Source: Tubiluchus corallicola
Taxonomy: Eukaryota > Animalia > Priapulida
Reading direction: 5' to 3'
DNA length: 64,000 bases
Assembly: GCA_030141605.1 (NCBI GenBank)
Contig: JAQGDQ010000297.1
Location: forward strand, 224,537-288,536
Shown here: positions 38,584-52,962 of the stretch, in pieces
How the letters are laid out: each line of letters opens with the position of its first letter
How positions within the stretch are numbered: the first letter of the stretch is position 1
Program-made: the position numbers and the translations under genes
Notes under the pieces: generated by a model
What the model was told of the DNA's origin: nothing
What the model saw: only the letters and a program-made list of their open reading frames with translations
The model's database searches: none

Positions 38584-40257
38584 CGTTATACAGTAAACTG
38601 CTCTGTGCTTGTCAAATGGGATAACAAATGGTAGATCGAGAAACCAACTTAGGTACAAACTGACTTCTAAGGCACCTGTTAATCTTCTGCTATGGCTAAT
38701 TTCTCCGCAGTGTTGAGAGTCTCACTTTGGCATGCCACTGTGGAGGCCAGGTAGATAAGTACTAACCCGTCCCTGTTAGCCTAGTAGTTCCAGATATGTG
38801 TTATTGTGATTATTATTGTGTAACCGTTGATATTGCTTAAAACTTACTAAATTTGCATTTGCGTTTTCTATTCGATGCTGGAACGTTGGATTTGCAAATG
38901 TGGAGATTAAGTGATTTGATTACTTTGGTACAACTTATTATCTTGTTTTTTTTTATTTTTTGAAAGGTTAGATTAATATTTGAATGACGGTATTTGAATG
39001 AACATATTAACTGTTTAGAGATGCCTCAGTGAATACGTTTATTATTAACTGTATTAGATTTTTTTAATTCGCTAATAAACAGACCTGGCGCATTAATTAT
39101 TTTCAGCGTCCTCTTCAGAAATGGTTAATTTTGTAAATTACATCTTCGCTGATGCTTTCATGCCACACTTTATAAAGCACCATATTTGTTTGTTTATTAT
39201 ACAACTCACTGAAGCAGTGTCCGACTTCACTCAAAGAACTAGGGTAATGTCGGGCAATTGAATTTTCGTGTTAGTTCTCTGGCCTGAATTAGGTAAGTAA
39301 CATAGATTTTTGACAATGAAATGTAAAAATAACATGATCCTAATCGTTCTAGAAACATAGAGAGGAAACCGTTATCGAGGAAACCTGGAAAGAAAAAATG
39401 CTGCAATTACGAAAAAACAAAGAATCAAAGAGAAAAAAGAAAAACTTCAGCTGTAGAGCTCTGATCAAATGCAATCTGCCTTCAAATCTAATCTAATCTA
39501 CACACACACCACGCACGCACACACGCACAATCATACGCACAGCTACATATGCGAAAATCTGCCCAACTTCTCCCATATGACAACAGCCTTAGCAGAGTTT
39601 TATACACGGCACACTAAATTCACGGCAAATTATGCACGTTTTATGCCTTTAAAAATATGGCAAACGAAAATATTACTAACTTAATGCAGAATTTAGACAA
39701 CAAACTATTAATTTAAAAAATAATAAACTCCAAGTCTATAACATAAGACAAAATGCTTGTGCCGTGTAATTAAGGCTGTCAACGTTGGCGTAAAAAACCT
39801 GACAATGTAGCAAAAATTTGTAAAGCTGATCTGAACTGACTCCGTAGAGGGACAGAGAAGGTACTCAAGGGAGAGACGATAAGATTTCCAGATTTGTGCC
39901 ATCAAGTGATAACAGTATTCAAGTTTGTAAAGCTTGTATGCTGTGTTGTTTTCGGCGGCTGTAAACAAGTAAAACCGTCGAGCAAAAAAGGTTTTTTCCT
40001 GCTTACGTGAACGATCAGTAACGTTTCTCTCATGTCGCCACTGATCAATCTTGCATATTGCAAAATATTTAAAAATATTTATTTACCATAACCACAACGT
40101 TATTGCTGTTAATTATGTCCGGCGTTACCCTGCCAAACTGACCGACATTACCTGCAAGTGTCCGACATTACCCCATTTTTTGAAATGACGTCGGAAACTG
40201 TTTAATTATCCCAGTATTTTACATTTCATACAGCCACCGATTTTCCAGATTCCTTAA

Positions 40258-40867
40258 CCCTTATAGGGTCACCTGGGGGGTAAAAATCACCCACAGACCG
40301 GTTATAGGCGTTTTACCCTTTTACCACACGCATCCCAGTGAACCTTTTCTATGACTTTTTCTAAATATGTTTTGTGCACAAAATACTTTCAGTTATTTAT
40401 TTTAGGCGCATTGTCTCACGACGAAATCAAAGTGAAAATGCAATATGTCGATTTTTTAAAATTGTCGAAACTTTACTTTGTCTATACATTATAAGGACGA
40501 TGTATCTGATAAAACAAAATGTCAGACGTCTGTATGCTGACGCAGAACTAGTCTATTCACAACTACAAAGACAATCAGATCATAAACTCAGTCACTCAAC
40601 ATCTTCAGATGTGGCAAACGGGCAAACAATACAAGAATAAGTGATCGTCTTATTCGCATGCCAAGGGAACGTAACTAACTGAATTTAAATTTCGTATTAC
40701 TAGTAACTTTTGTCATTAAGCAGAGGTATAATGTATCCTATGATGGTCAGCATAACCACAAATGAAACACTGCGGTTTATCAAAAGCAATTTACGAATTA
40801 TGGTGGGGGGAATTTTTTACCTTCCGGTTACCAAAATCGGTTGTAAAAAATCGTGACCCTATAAGGT
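40258..40867. mobile_element. piggyBac-like MITE
   Basis: ttaa|cccttatagggtcac ... gtgaccctataagg(t)|ttta, with an imperfect inner inverted repeat (gggtaaaaatcaccca / tggggggaattttttacc). Right end degenerate. Confidence 0.7.
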
Positions 40868-43305
40868 TTTAGCAATACAGTTTTAGTTAGATATATATAG
40901 ATAGAAACCCAAAAAAGCCGATTTTTTTCCGACATTATCCCATTTTACTGTATATCTTCTCTATTCGTGTGAATTTACAAATGATTAATTTTATGTGGAT
41001 TAATTACAGTTGAATGTATTTGTTATGTTAAATCCAAAAAGTTGGTCCATTTCTGATTTTTATAATTTGGTCGAAATGATTAATGCTGCCACACAAACTC
41101 ATCTGAACCATTTTAGACCTCGAATATTACACCCCTGTGATTAGTTTCGACCCTCGAAGAGCTACTAGAACTGCTACGTCATTGCTAGGGGCTTTCACGG
41201 GTAGCCAGTTAAGTACTATGTCGCTCGGCTAGGAACTTGAGAACCCAGCGACTACCGAATGCCATCGGGAAACTACCCAGCACACCCGGGACGTTACAAC
41301 GTGTATGTGTATGTGTGTATTTTATTGCCTAGCAGCTATGTCCACAAAACATCGTTGTTACACTATTAACATTCAATCGGATTCGAAAACAGTATATTTT
41401 GCTCAACTGTAAACTCGGTCTTGTCATTAAGGACGTTTTATCATTCTTACGAGTTCCGAGATTTTCTTAAGAGCGGATACCCCGCTAGGACAAAATGTGC
41501 AAGAGCGATGTTTTCTTCAGCTAATTTCCCGCAGAAATTGATTTTAGAATCGAGTTAATTGTTACACTTCTTAACGATATCCACAGCTCTAGCTGTTTCT
41601 ATAGTAATACATGTCGAGGTAATTGAACAATTGCTCAGCGACAGCGCTAACATTTAGTAAACGAAACCAAATAATAAAGCTTCTACTGGCAGCTAAAACG
41701 AAATAACGTTCTGTTCCCGAGATGCACTTTTTCACACAGAAGTAGATGCGGAAATACTTAACATATTTACATATCTACACAACTAGTAAAAAGCACAGAA
41801 TAGACAAAAAGACTGTCTAAAATTGTTTGGATTCACACCTGTATAATTTTGCACCACCTGTAATTTACCAAAACCACTTCAATTCACTTCAAAACGTCAT
41901 TTAACGTTATTTAACTTGCGCAGTATTTTGTATTATAAAAGCGCCAGTAATTTACGACTTGATCGCTTGTTTTTTTCTCGAAAATCATGTTGAAAATACA
42001 AAAAATAGGTTACAGTCCTCGATATGGAGAATAAAAAAGCTGTTGGAATGAATATTTTATATCTTTAAAAAAATTGCACGCACATATAATTAAGTACTTT
42101 AGTTTACTTACATTTAACTGTGGTTTAAGTTTTGAAACAAGAAAACATGTATACTTTAGCTGCTTAAGCTGACAGAGCTGCAAGCAGAGAAATTTTCCTG
42201 CGGTTTAAATGTAAGAAAATGTATGTTTTTTACACCTGTATTACTGAATCACATCTTCCTGGCTGCTGCAACACGCGTATAAAAAGCAAAAAACAAAATA
42301 TATAAGTGCGCAACATCCTGCATGAAATTTATCATAAAAATACACCTTGCTATTAAAAGTCGTAACAGGAAGTCTAGAAGCTCTTTCTCGCCTGTAGTTA
42401 AAGCACAAGAAAACCCACAACTCAAGCTTAAAAAATTCGTCTTGAAATTTTATACCAAGTACACACTGCCTTTTTGCATATTAGACTTATGTCGGCAATA
42501 ACGCTGTATAAAACATGTAAACTTAAACTCCCGCGATGATTCTTAGACGCAGCTATTTTGACGACAAGTCTTTTGAAACAAGTTTAGGAAACATTCTGTA
42601 AAGTTTGAAAAAATAATCGGAGCTTTCGTAGCGCACACGTCACTAAATAAAATTTAAAATTACTGTGTCTTGTCAATAAGATTAAAAATACGTCTCTGGT
42701 TAGTGAGTCAGCGACATTTTACCAATTGGAGAAAGCATTTTAAATAATTAATAATTTCTTTTCTAGTTACATAAGTCTAGTTACAAAAGACGTAGTTCAC
42801 TTCTCAGATAGGAAACTATTTTATTTAGCTTTTAATGGTGCCATAAAACACCAAATCGTCTAAATAACCTTTAAGTAAATAATTAGTACAAGTGCCCAAT
42901 GATTTAAATTGTGTAAAATAAGTTCCATCATCATTACTTTCAAATACATTTTACCAAGAGAATTATTTTTGCTTAATCGTTTTGTAATGCAAAATTTTTT
43001 TCTGGACTATACAAACACTGAGTTCACATTTGTAATGCTATTAGAGATTTGAGTTAAGTTCTTTAAAATTTATTAAATACAAAAATCACGTCAAAGTATA
43101 CAAGTCAGCTAACGTCACATTCTCTCCTCAGTTGCCTCAGCGACTGAATTGGTTCTCTTTATTTCCTATGTATATAATTTTGTATAAAACTCATTTTGCT
43201 GGGGAGTTTTGTACATGTATCTACATATTTTTTACTACATAGCTCATTATTATTATTGTAGTTCAATAATTGTTATATTTTGCGAGCCTTAATAAGAGTA
43301 ATAAC

Positions 43306-43443
<138 letters not shown>

Positions 43444-44087
43444 TGCGCCAAGATCAGACTTTTAGTTCTTATATCGGTACGAGTATTAAAAACTTGATCA
43501 TCTCATTAAAAAACGAGGTGGATAAAACCGTTGGACTTTTTAGTAAGGCATATTTAGAATTCCCGAGAGGGCCACGGGGTCCCGCAACGGGCGTTTTCCC
43601 GGACCCAACTCGCGATTTTTTCGAAATTTTGGCCAAACAGCCTGCGGGAAAAACGTTCTAGCGGCGCCCGGTGGGACTCTCGGAAGGAGATATATAGCTC
43701 TTTACAAAGAGGAAGGACAGGGCTACACGATGATGTAGGTTATATTTTAGGGCATGTCCACCGAGAGGAGTATCAACGAGTTAATTTCGTGTTCTATTTT
43801 CCGCAAATTTCGACAATTTTCGCTTAGAAAACTGCGACACATTCCATTGTGCTGACGTCATCCATTGTACTCTGTCTATAAGTTTAATTCAGTAAAAAGC
43901 TGCTGCTGGCTTTGCGTTAGATAAACAGACATACAGTAGGCATGATGTGACGGGTTACAGGCTTTGCGTTAGGTAAGTAGGCAGGATGTTACGGGCTTTG
44001 TGTAATAAATGAGGACTGTGTAGGATGTTCGCGTATTATTGATTACACGTGTATTTATACGCAGAATCTTTTGCGGGGCCTTTGCTA

Positions 44088-44207
<120 letters not shown>

Positions 44208-44634
44208 GTAATGTTTATAATTAATATCATTTACTATGTAATTCGGGGAAACCCGATTAGCAGGCTCACTGCGCAGACGACAGGATATTGATAGATCATA
44301 ACCAAATGTGGGTGACACAGTTTTGTCTACGCGCAGGAACCTAATACGCATCTACAGGTTTAACAAATGGAGCCGTACTCCCCAGCCCGGCTGAGAGAGA
44401 CCTAAGCCTTGGATCACGTCATACCAGCTTGTATCTACGCCGTTTAGCTCTGTTGTATGTATTTAATCAATGCTGATTTTATAATTTGAGACTTTATGAT
44501 TTTACATGCCTTTTTGGCTGTTCACGCACCCTAGCACATACGGACCACCACAACTGCCAAAAAACAGCAGCTACAAATAGTTCTGTTTACTATTACAGCA
44601 AACAGTGTCAGCTACGTCACTTAGCTAAAACAAG

Positions 44635-45257
44635 TCTAAGTGTACTTAAGGCACACATTTTAATCGTAATTCAGATACGGTATGTACGAGTAACAGCTAC
44701 GCACACGTAAGCTAAGTGTACTTAAGGCACGCATTTTAGTCGTAATTCAGATACGGTATGTACGAGCAAGAGTTACGGACACGTAAGCTAAGTGTACTTA
44801 AGGCACGCATTTTAGTCGTAATTCAGATACGGTATGTACGAGCAAGAGCTACGCACACGTAAGCTAAGTGTACTTAAGATACGCATTTTTGTCGTAATTC
44901 AGATACGGTATGTACGAGCAAGAGCTACGCACACGTAAGCTAAGTGTACTTATGGCACGCATTTTAGTCGTAATTCAATTATGGTATGTACGAGCAAGAG
45001 TTACGCACACGTAAGCTAAGTGTACTTAAGGCACGCATTTTAGTCGTAATTCAGATACGGTATGTACGGGCAAGAGTTACGCACACGTAAGCTAAGTGTA
45101 CTTAAGGCACGCATTTTAGTCGTAATTCAGATACGATATGTACGAGCAAGAGTTACGCACACGTAAGCTAAGTGTACTTAAGATACGCATTTTAGTCGTA
45201 ATTCAGATACGGTATGTACGAGCAAGAGTTACGCACGCGTAAGCTAAGTGTACTTAA
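44635..45257. repeat. 76-bp minisatellite, ~8.2 copies
   Basis: gctaagtgta recurs at 44711, 44787, 44863, 44939, 45015, 45091, 45167 and 45243; no unique spacers. Confidence 0.97.
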
Positions 45258-48169
45258 AGATTTAGAAGCGCATTCAAAACAGTAAAAGTTTGTGGCTCCC
45301 ACAGGTGTGAAAGCTTAAGAATGGTCGGTAAGACTCTTAGCGCTATTATTGCAGTACTTCGGATTCGTTTTCACCAGGTTTGCGTGGCTACATACATCGT
45401 TATTATTCATATGGTGATAGGTATTGCAATCATTATAGACAAACAAAAGATATACTTTTTTACTTAGCAGTTCAGTTCCTGTTTTTAAAAAAAACTCTAA
45501 ATAGTACGAATTTTGAAACCCATATTGTCGAAATTTCGCATTTCCAGTTAGTAATACCATTTAATTACATATTTTAATTTCAAGATTATTATTAATGAAG
45601 CAACGCGACCCCATAGTTGTTAAATCAAACTTCTATGTAAATGTCAAGAAGTCAGATATAGTCTGGATTAGAACCAGGAAGATATGGGATAGTTTGGCAG
45701 TGAATACCTTAAACAGTACAAATACAGCCCAATATTTTTGTAGTGCCACTGTCAGTCTTACTATCTGCCTACTTGCCTACCCACCTACCTACCTACCTGC
45801 CTGCCCTGCTACTACAAGGAATTTATTAAAGACGAACACTACTAGTGTTGCAGTCAATGTCTGTGTCATAAGTAGGTATGTATGTAGGAGGCAGACAGGT
45901 AGGCAGGCAGGTAGGTGATATGTAGACAGGCAGGCAGGGAGGTACGTAAGTGTAGATCGGTAGGTAGGTAGATAAGTAGGTACTGACAGTACCCAAATTT
46001 CACTGCCCTATTGTCCATTGTCAAATGTATACTGCCAAAGCAATTGCAATTGAGTTGCTATTTCGTTATTTTTTATGGAAATTATTTTAAAATAGACAAT
46101 TCATCTAAGGCCTAAGTCGCAAGTCTATCGATTGGTCGGTCGAAAAAATTTAAAATATTAACACGTAACCCCTCTAATAAGAGAGAAAACCCATCATTAA
46201 GAAGAACCGCGGCCTGCCGCCAGCGCACACTAAAGTTTATTGAATTTCAACTGATAGTTATTTGTCACAACAGTTATGATTGGTTAAGTGCGTGAATGTC
46301 TGCTTGCGAGAAGCTTAATTTAAGACTTAGATGTTATTCAGGTTCATGTCGTACGCATAGCTAAAGTGTGGTACCCGAATTCCTCGTAGCCTACGTGTTC
46401 AGGCTTGGCTTATTAGAAGAGAACTATGCAGTGTCCAATCTTAGTCATTTAGTCCCTTGTACTCATCTACCGCTTTCATTAGAAGTGTCTGAATTTTCTT
46501 GTTAGCCATTTCCCTTTTTTGCTGTCTCAAGGAAGGAAGTACGCCCAATTATTGTCACAGTAATATTAAGACTAATGAACTTGGCTCATAACAATAATTA
46601 GTGCTGGCGAATTGTAATCATAAGCGCAATGCTGCGACACTCCCCTGCTGCCATAATCGTGTTATGTAATGATGCTTGTTACGTAATGACATACAAGAAA
46701 TCACTGCTTCCGGATACTCCTAGTGTGTGTTGTGCTCATCATTTCCGTTAATATTTAACTGACTGTCACCGCCTACAGATTTTGCTCTTATAATCAAAAT
46801 TTGAAACTATATTATTATAGTTATTCAAGCGCATCTAATCTAAAGACGAAATGTCAAACTCATTAGAGTAACAAAAAACAGGAAAATGACAGCATGTTGT
46901 GATGCAATTTTGAATATAGCGTGATGATAAAAGTCGAAACAAAAGCGAATTTCAAGTTACATGAATGCCGCAGTAGTGATGGAAAAACTTCAAGAAACTA
47001 GATACTTTCCTGACACAAAAAGTCATATTATCTATACGCTAAACCGAGACATAATGCGCGCGTTCATGAGTGAATAGGTTATCGGTCCACGAAAGGTCTG
47101 ATTATTTGTTTCGGTTTAAATGCGGATAAGTGCCAACATTAAAATTGTATTGTTACGAATTAGAAACTGAAGAGGCATCTAGGCCATTCAGAACAGTACT
47201 TAGTTTTACAAGAAATGCAATTGTAAAAACTTAAAACAATCATGCACTATAGTCACATATGTGTAACTGATGTACTACGAGTAATAAGATCACGAATATT
47301 TAAAATAAAAAGGTTCCGAGGAAAAGTTAAAAATCAGTTAAATGCAGTTATGGGGATGGGACGAGTGATGACCGAGTAGTCATGTTGCATGCCTGGCAGC
47401 GTGTATTTGAACAACGGGCTTAGTCAGAGAATGGATTGGTGACTGGCAGGAAGGTTCTGCGATGTTTCATTTTTCTATACCACCAAAATATTCATGGGTT
47501 TTTCGTTTCGTATCCTCTGTTTGTGTACAAAGTAGTATCGACTGTTTGCCCCAAGGACGAAAAGTTTAATAACTTCATTAGGCACGCGCCCATCAATTGA
47601 TTTAATTAATCAGCATTAATCCATAGTGTCAGTAATCCAACTGGCATATAGCTGCCAAGCGTGGACAGACAATCTTATTATTGAGGTCAATACAGTCTAT
47701 ATTTTTCCATATATAACTACATGTTTTTCGCCAACATGGTTTGATAATTGAAGCTAAGACTTCAACTGAGAAAATTACCAGGTATACTTGTGGTAGTAGC
47801 AGTAAAATCAGTAAGACATCGGTAAAATAACACAGTTAACTTCCTTGGAGGAGCCGAAATAAGAATGCGAACTTACAGAAAGGTTAATTTATAGCCCTGT
47901 ATAGAATATGATGTAATCAGAAAACAGTTTTCTGGCAACATTAATTTTAATCACACATCTCACAGGGAAGCCATCATTGCTAATTACTTTAAATGTATCA
48001 CATTGTATGTAATGACACATATCCGCGTTCTAACTTAGACCGAATGTAGGTAAAAATGATACAGGTAAAAATGGCACAAGAAAAAAATGGCACAGGAAAA
48101 ATGACACAAATAGAAAAGTAGAAAAAATGATACATGTGTTATTTTGATGCAAATAATTTCTATAACAAA

Positions 48170-48457
48170 ACTAGAATGCACTCAGTACGAAGCAGATCAC
48201 TACCAAAGTCGAGCAATCCTAAACTTATTCGTCTGATTCTTTTGATTAAAACGACATAAAACAATGATAAACAAATAAACATTCAAAAATACAGCTGTAT
48301 AGGTACTATATAGACAAGCAAAGAACTCGCAAAAGAATTTGTTCATTAAAAAGAATTATAATCAATAGTGCGTGAACGTTCCACATAGTTCACAAATGTG
48401 ATTCGCAAATATAACTATTTACATACGCAGACTTTTAAGGCTATATATGTGTGTGTG

Positions 48458-48550
<93 letters not shown>

Positions 48551-48977
48551 ATAACCAAAGGTTACAGACAGCATTACACAGTTTTCCAAGCGAGAATGTC
48601 TCGAAATGAAATCGGGAACTAACTCATAGTTGTGTGTCCTGCTGAAGATAATAAAAACGAATTAATTAGGCTATCTTGTAGCTAAGTCCTCATTTCTCCA
48701 AAGAACTACGAGACTCACTGAGAGACGCCCACGAAGTTTTTTGATATGTGGCGTTTGGTCAAGACTTGCGAAAAAGAAGGGGCGAAAAAAGGCGATTTAG
48801 GCAGTTTCTCCCCTCCACTTGTCCAGGAATCTGCTTCAAAATGCACGTTTTTGTCCCCTACCCACATTCTCAACAGAATTTAGTGGAAAGTTGTTTTTTT
48901 GCGTAATTGGCTAACTGCTGTATAATAGACAAAAACAAACAAACAGCGTTCAAGTATAACTTTCTCGGCAGGGGTAA
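48170..48977. mobile_element. Helentron/DINE-1-like non-autonomous insertion containing (GT)n, nested in another repeat
   Basis: Ends actagaatgcactcagt... and ...ataactttctcggcaggggtaa, with internal (GT)n at 48447-48546. It is inserted in an A/T run without a TSD, and the empty site is visible in the paralogous copy at 38410-38450. The family call rests on general resemblance only. Confidence 0.5.
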
Positions 48978-49161
48978 AAATAATTAAAATAATTATCCCC
49001 CATGGTAACCCTAACTGTAAACTCATATTTTATAAGTGTGGCATTTTTTTCCTATTTTTCTTTTTGTGCCGTTCCATCTTGTGGCGTTTTTACCGAGCAC
49101 CAACTTGGACTTATTACGCTCATTTCATACAGGACCATTTAGGGCAAAGAAAATGACGCAT

Positions 49162-49443
49162 GGAATTGTTCTCACAAAATCAGAAAATTTCCTGAAAAAA
49201 ATCGAGATCTTCGCAATAACCCGTGCAGAAAGTACATCCTTTTCTCACAGGAGCCGCGCGATTTCTACCAGCTGCTCCAACATTCAGTGCCTTGTACTAT
49301 TAAGCCCATTTCATAGCATGACGCACTGAGCAGCTGGTAAAAATCGCGCGGTTCATGTGAGAAAAGGACTTTATTTCTGCATGGCTTATCGCGAAGATCT
49401 CGATTTTTTTCTGAAAATTTTCTGATTTTGTGAAAACAATTCC
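49162..49443. mobile_element. Hairpin MITE-like element with ~115-bp inverted arms
   Basis: 49162-49277 is the imperfect reverse complement of 49328-49443. A related diverged arm begins at 49771. Confidence 0.8.
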
Positions 49444-50121
49444 TCACTTTTCACATTTCACTAACTTTGCATTTTGCGATTTATACAAATTACAATTAAT
49501 AGGCTTAATTAATGGCAGATTTTTTAGAGTAACTATTAGACTAACAAATTCATAGTTTATAAACATAGATATGTAATGATTATATGCAGATGCTCTTTAT
49601 TCCCTTTTAAAATAATATAACCAGTGCTGTTGCTTTAATATAACAAAAATCGTTTATATCGAACAAGATTGAATAATTAAACAATTTAATTTTAATAAGA
49701 ATTCCGCGAATAATTTTCAGGAAAATCTAAGGCCCATTTCACAGTGAAAATGCAAGGAAAAACGAAGCACGGAATTGCTGTCAGAAAATTGGAAATTTTT
49801 CAGAATATTTCTGATTTTTTCTCGAAATCCTGTGCAGCAAGAAAGTTCATATTACAGTGAAACCGCTCGGTATTTTCCACGCGTCCAGTTAGCTGGCTGC
49901 AGTTACTATGCGAGGTTTAAACAATATAATCACGTCTAAATCAGTTCTATTTGCCGTATTTCTCATATACAAAGTGCAGTTAATAATGTTAGTCAATGTA
50001 ATGTCAAGCCTGTTTGTTTTTTTGCAAAGTTCTACTAACAACTTCAATATCTGAAAACATAAATAAATAAAATAAATATATGAGTGCGTTATCTTCTTTT
50101 TCACGAACATAGCCATCGATG

Positions 50122-50589
50122 TGCATCGAATAAAACATAAAATCGTCAGTCTGTTAAAAGAGAAATTTAATCTTAGAATTTTATGCTGAAATGTGTTAAT
50201 TTTTGTTCGTTAAATAAGAAAGTGAATAGTTCACAGTGAAGACGCTCAGCAAAATGCTTCGAGGAGAAATTCCTTGCGGCCTAGCTCATGAAAATGGAAC
50301 ATATTATTTCTACGGGGCATTTCATATTGACCCCACATGAGGAATTTTTCTGGTGCAATGCAACTCCTCGTGACGAATTTTGCTGCCAGCTAGAAGCCAT
50401 GCGTCCTCCTAACGAGGAATATTGCCGCATCTCAGAAATGCATTTTCCATTTTCGTGAGAAATCCTCGGAGAATTCTGCTCAATTACTTCTTTCTTGTTT
50501 AACGAATAACAATTAACACATTTCAGCATAAAATTTTAAGTTTTAGTCTCTCTTTTAACAGACAGACGATTTTATGTTTTATTAATGCA
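50122..50589. repeat. Inverted repeat with ~100-bp arms
   Basis: aataaaacataaaatcgtcagtctgttaaaagaga...tgctgaaatgtgttaatt (50129-50222) versus its reverse complement at 50490-50583. Confidence 0.8.
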
Positions 50590-50849
50590 TCAGAATTATA
50601 TATATTGAATGTATCTATCTGAATGTATATACTGAAAGTATCTTATACATATATATATATATATGCTTCACAGATGCTTAAAAACTTTCATACTAGTCAA
50701 TTCTCTTGTTAAGGCTTATTGCTTATACCCTATTTTTGCAGCTTAAATGTAAAAAAAAAAACTCTTTTTTCATGGTCGGTTTGTTTCTGACAATCTGTAT
50801 TATGCTTAGAACACTATCGAGCTATTTGCCATTAGTGGTTTTTCGACAG

Positions 50850-51013
50850 GCGCCAAGTTTACCACCTTATAATCCATTAAAACTGGCACGCATGTCCAGG
50901 AAAGAGTACGGAACAGGAGGTTTTTCCCGCCAAGAGGCATTGGCAATGCTTGACAAGCTTTGTATGTCAAGGAAGGGCAATGCCTTTGCCTGCGGGTGCG
51001 CTGCTCGTTACAG
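50850..51013 (+). other. Candidate orphan coding exon on the strand opposite Trk
   Basis: tttttcgacag|APSLPPYNPLKLARMSRKEYGTGGFSRQEALAMLDKLCMSRKGNAFACGCAARY(R)|gtgagg. GC-rich island with one open frame; no partner exons or family recognised. Confidence 0.3.
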
Positions 51014-52649
51014 GTGAGGGGATACTTCCATATAACTTATAGCTCTGAATAAACACAGGTCGCGACCAGAGCTGGCTAAAACTTTATCCTTGACTGGGTC
51101 ATTTGCTGTAGTAAAACTTGACGCAGTTTTTTACCGCATCAGTATTTCTATGCATCAAACCTTGTTATGTGTGATATCTCAGTGAACTGAGATCGGGTAC
51201 TATAAAAAGTTACATTTACAACAGCAAACGTTAATACTTTGTAAAACCTGGTTTTCCCAAAATACTATATTAAACGCTCTATGATAAATAAGATAATAGT
51301 AGGTAGAACCTGAATTTCCGCTCTAGGACCACAATGCAATAATAATGGGTATATTAATGAGAAATCACATATGTATTGTAAATATCAACTAAAAACTGAT
51401 TGTTCCAATTCTGATGTGTCTTACTTTTAAATTAAAATTCATAAAAGTGAAATTCGACGAATAACAACAGGTATCATTTGGTGAATAAAAAATTAAAAAT
51501 AATCATCTGGTTTAAAAAAAGTAATTAATGTTATTAAAATATAATAAACCTCGCTTATTTGATCTGAATTGTTTCTTTTTGTTTGGGCGAAATAATCAAT
51601 ATCTTTGTTATTTCATAATAAAGAAATAATAAAAGTAAAAAAGAAATAATACAAGAAGTCAGGCAAATTAAAACAGCATGAAAGGACTTAATGTTAAGCT
51701 TAAATTACAGCTTCGTTCACACCTATTTCAGCGCATTGTATTTTGTAGACGAAAAATGTTTTGCAAAACTTTTAGCGTGACGTCACTGATATCCCACGCT
51801 GGACTGCTTTATTATTACAGCTAGCTTAATTATCTGTGTTCTTGATCATTTCTGCGTTTTGAGTGTCTCACTGCCAGGTTGTCTTCTGCCCGAAGTGTCG
51901 TTCAAACAATGCTTCTGACATTTTTACGTTTTCCAACAGATAAAATTGTAAGAACACATTGGATTCTTAGGTGAGATTAACTGTCCGACAAGAAAAAAAT
52001 TGGACAGCGAAGCAGCATGACAAAATAATAAAATTATGCCCCGTTTTGTGGCACAATGTATAGAGAAACTATGTGAATCAAGTTTGAGCTTCTCAATTTC
52101 AACAAGGAAACTTAAATTACAGGTTTGTTTTGTTACGAATTCAAGCGTTTGTATGACATCAAGTTTTACGTTCTATTTACTGAATGAATGAATTCACATA
52201 AAGGGAGGAATCACCAGGAGCAAAAACAGCTAAATCGTTTATCATAGCCTGCAAGCAGACAATAAGACCATATTACAGCGCAACTGTAACATAGCCTCAG
52301 TACATGTATTACGATATTTCAAGACAACTAAAACCGGATGTGCTTGTGTTCGCAATTTCCGGCAGTTCTTCAAAGACTGGCTGAAGCTAACGGTAGCCAA
52401 AGCTCATTACAGAAGCTACAAAAACGTAGAATAGATGGCACGATAAATAAAAATTAGCTTTCATAGGAACGTAATATCATGTATATTATGTAGTTTCTCA
52501 CGCTTACAGTTTGTAGTTGCGAATACTATTTTAAAAATAGATTAAATCAATTTTTGTTCTCAAAATTTATAAACCGTATAAAAAGGATACAAAACTTTAC
52601 TTTCACCATAAACAATGTGAATAATTTCACTTCTTTTTTGCATATATTT

Positions 52650-52962
52650 CAGGGCCGGAACTAGATGTGGCAAGCAGGGGGGGGCGCAAAAATTTTCTGG
52701 GGGGGGGGCGAGGTATCCGAAGTGGCTAAATAATGGTGAAGCCAATTTTTAACCCCTTTTATACTGCATGCAGGCCTATAAATAGCATGTGTGTAGGACG
52801 GCGTAGCGAACATTTTTTACCTAATTCTAATTCATATTGAAAATAATTACATGCGAACTGCAATTTTCAGTGCAAAAAAATTATTCGTCCGATTTTGCAG
52901 GGGGGGGGGCGCAAATTTTGACAGGGGGGCGTGCGCCCCCCCCCCCGCTCGCTCCGCCCCTG
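52650..52962. mobile_element. Non-autonomous hAT-type element (MITE), copy 2
   Basis: Same family as 6988-7405 with an internal deletion; ends cagggccgg / ccgcccctg; perfect 8-bp TSD atatattt (52642-52649, 52963-52970). Confidence 0.9.

Noticed and set aside
41206-41320. 5S rRNA-like/SINE3-like segment ending in (GTAT)n
   Set aside because: Similarity to the 5S internal promoter is too patchy to support by eye.
44635-45257. CRISPR-like regular array (also 60562-60865 and 15508-16565)
   Set aside because: Units repeat head-to-tail with no unique spacers, there are no cas genes, and the context is eukaryotic; these are minisatellites.
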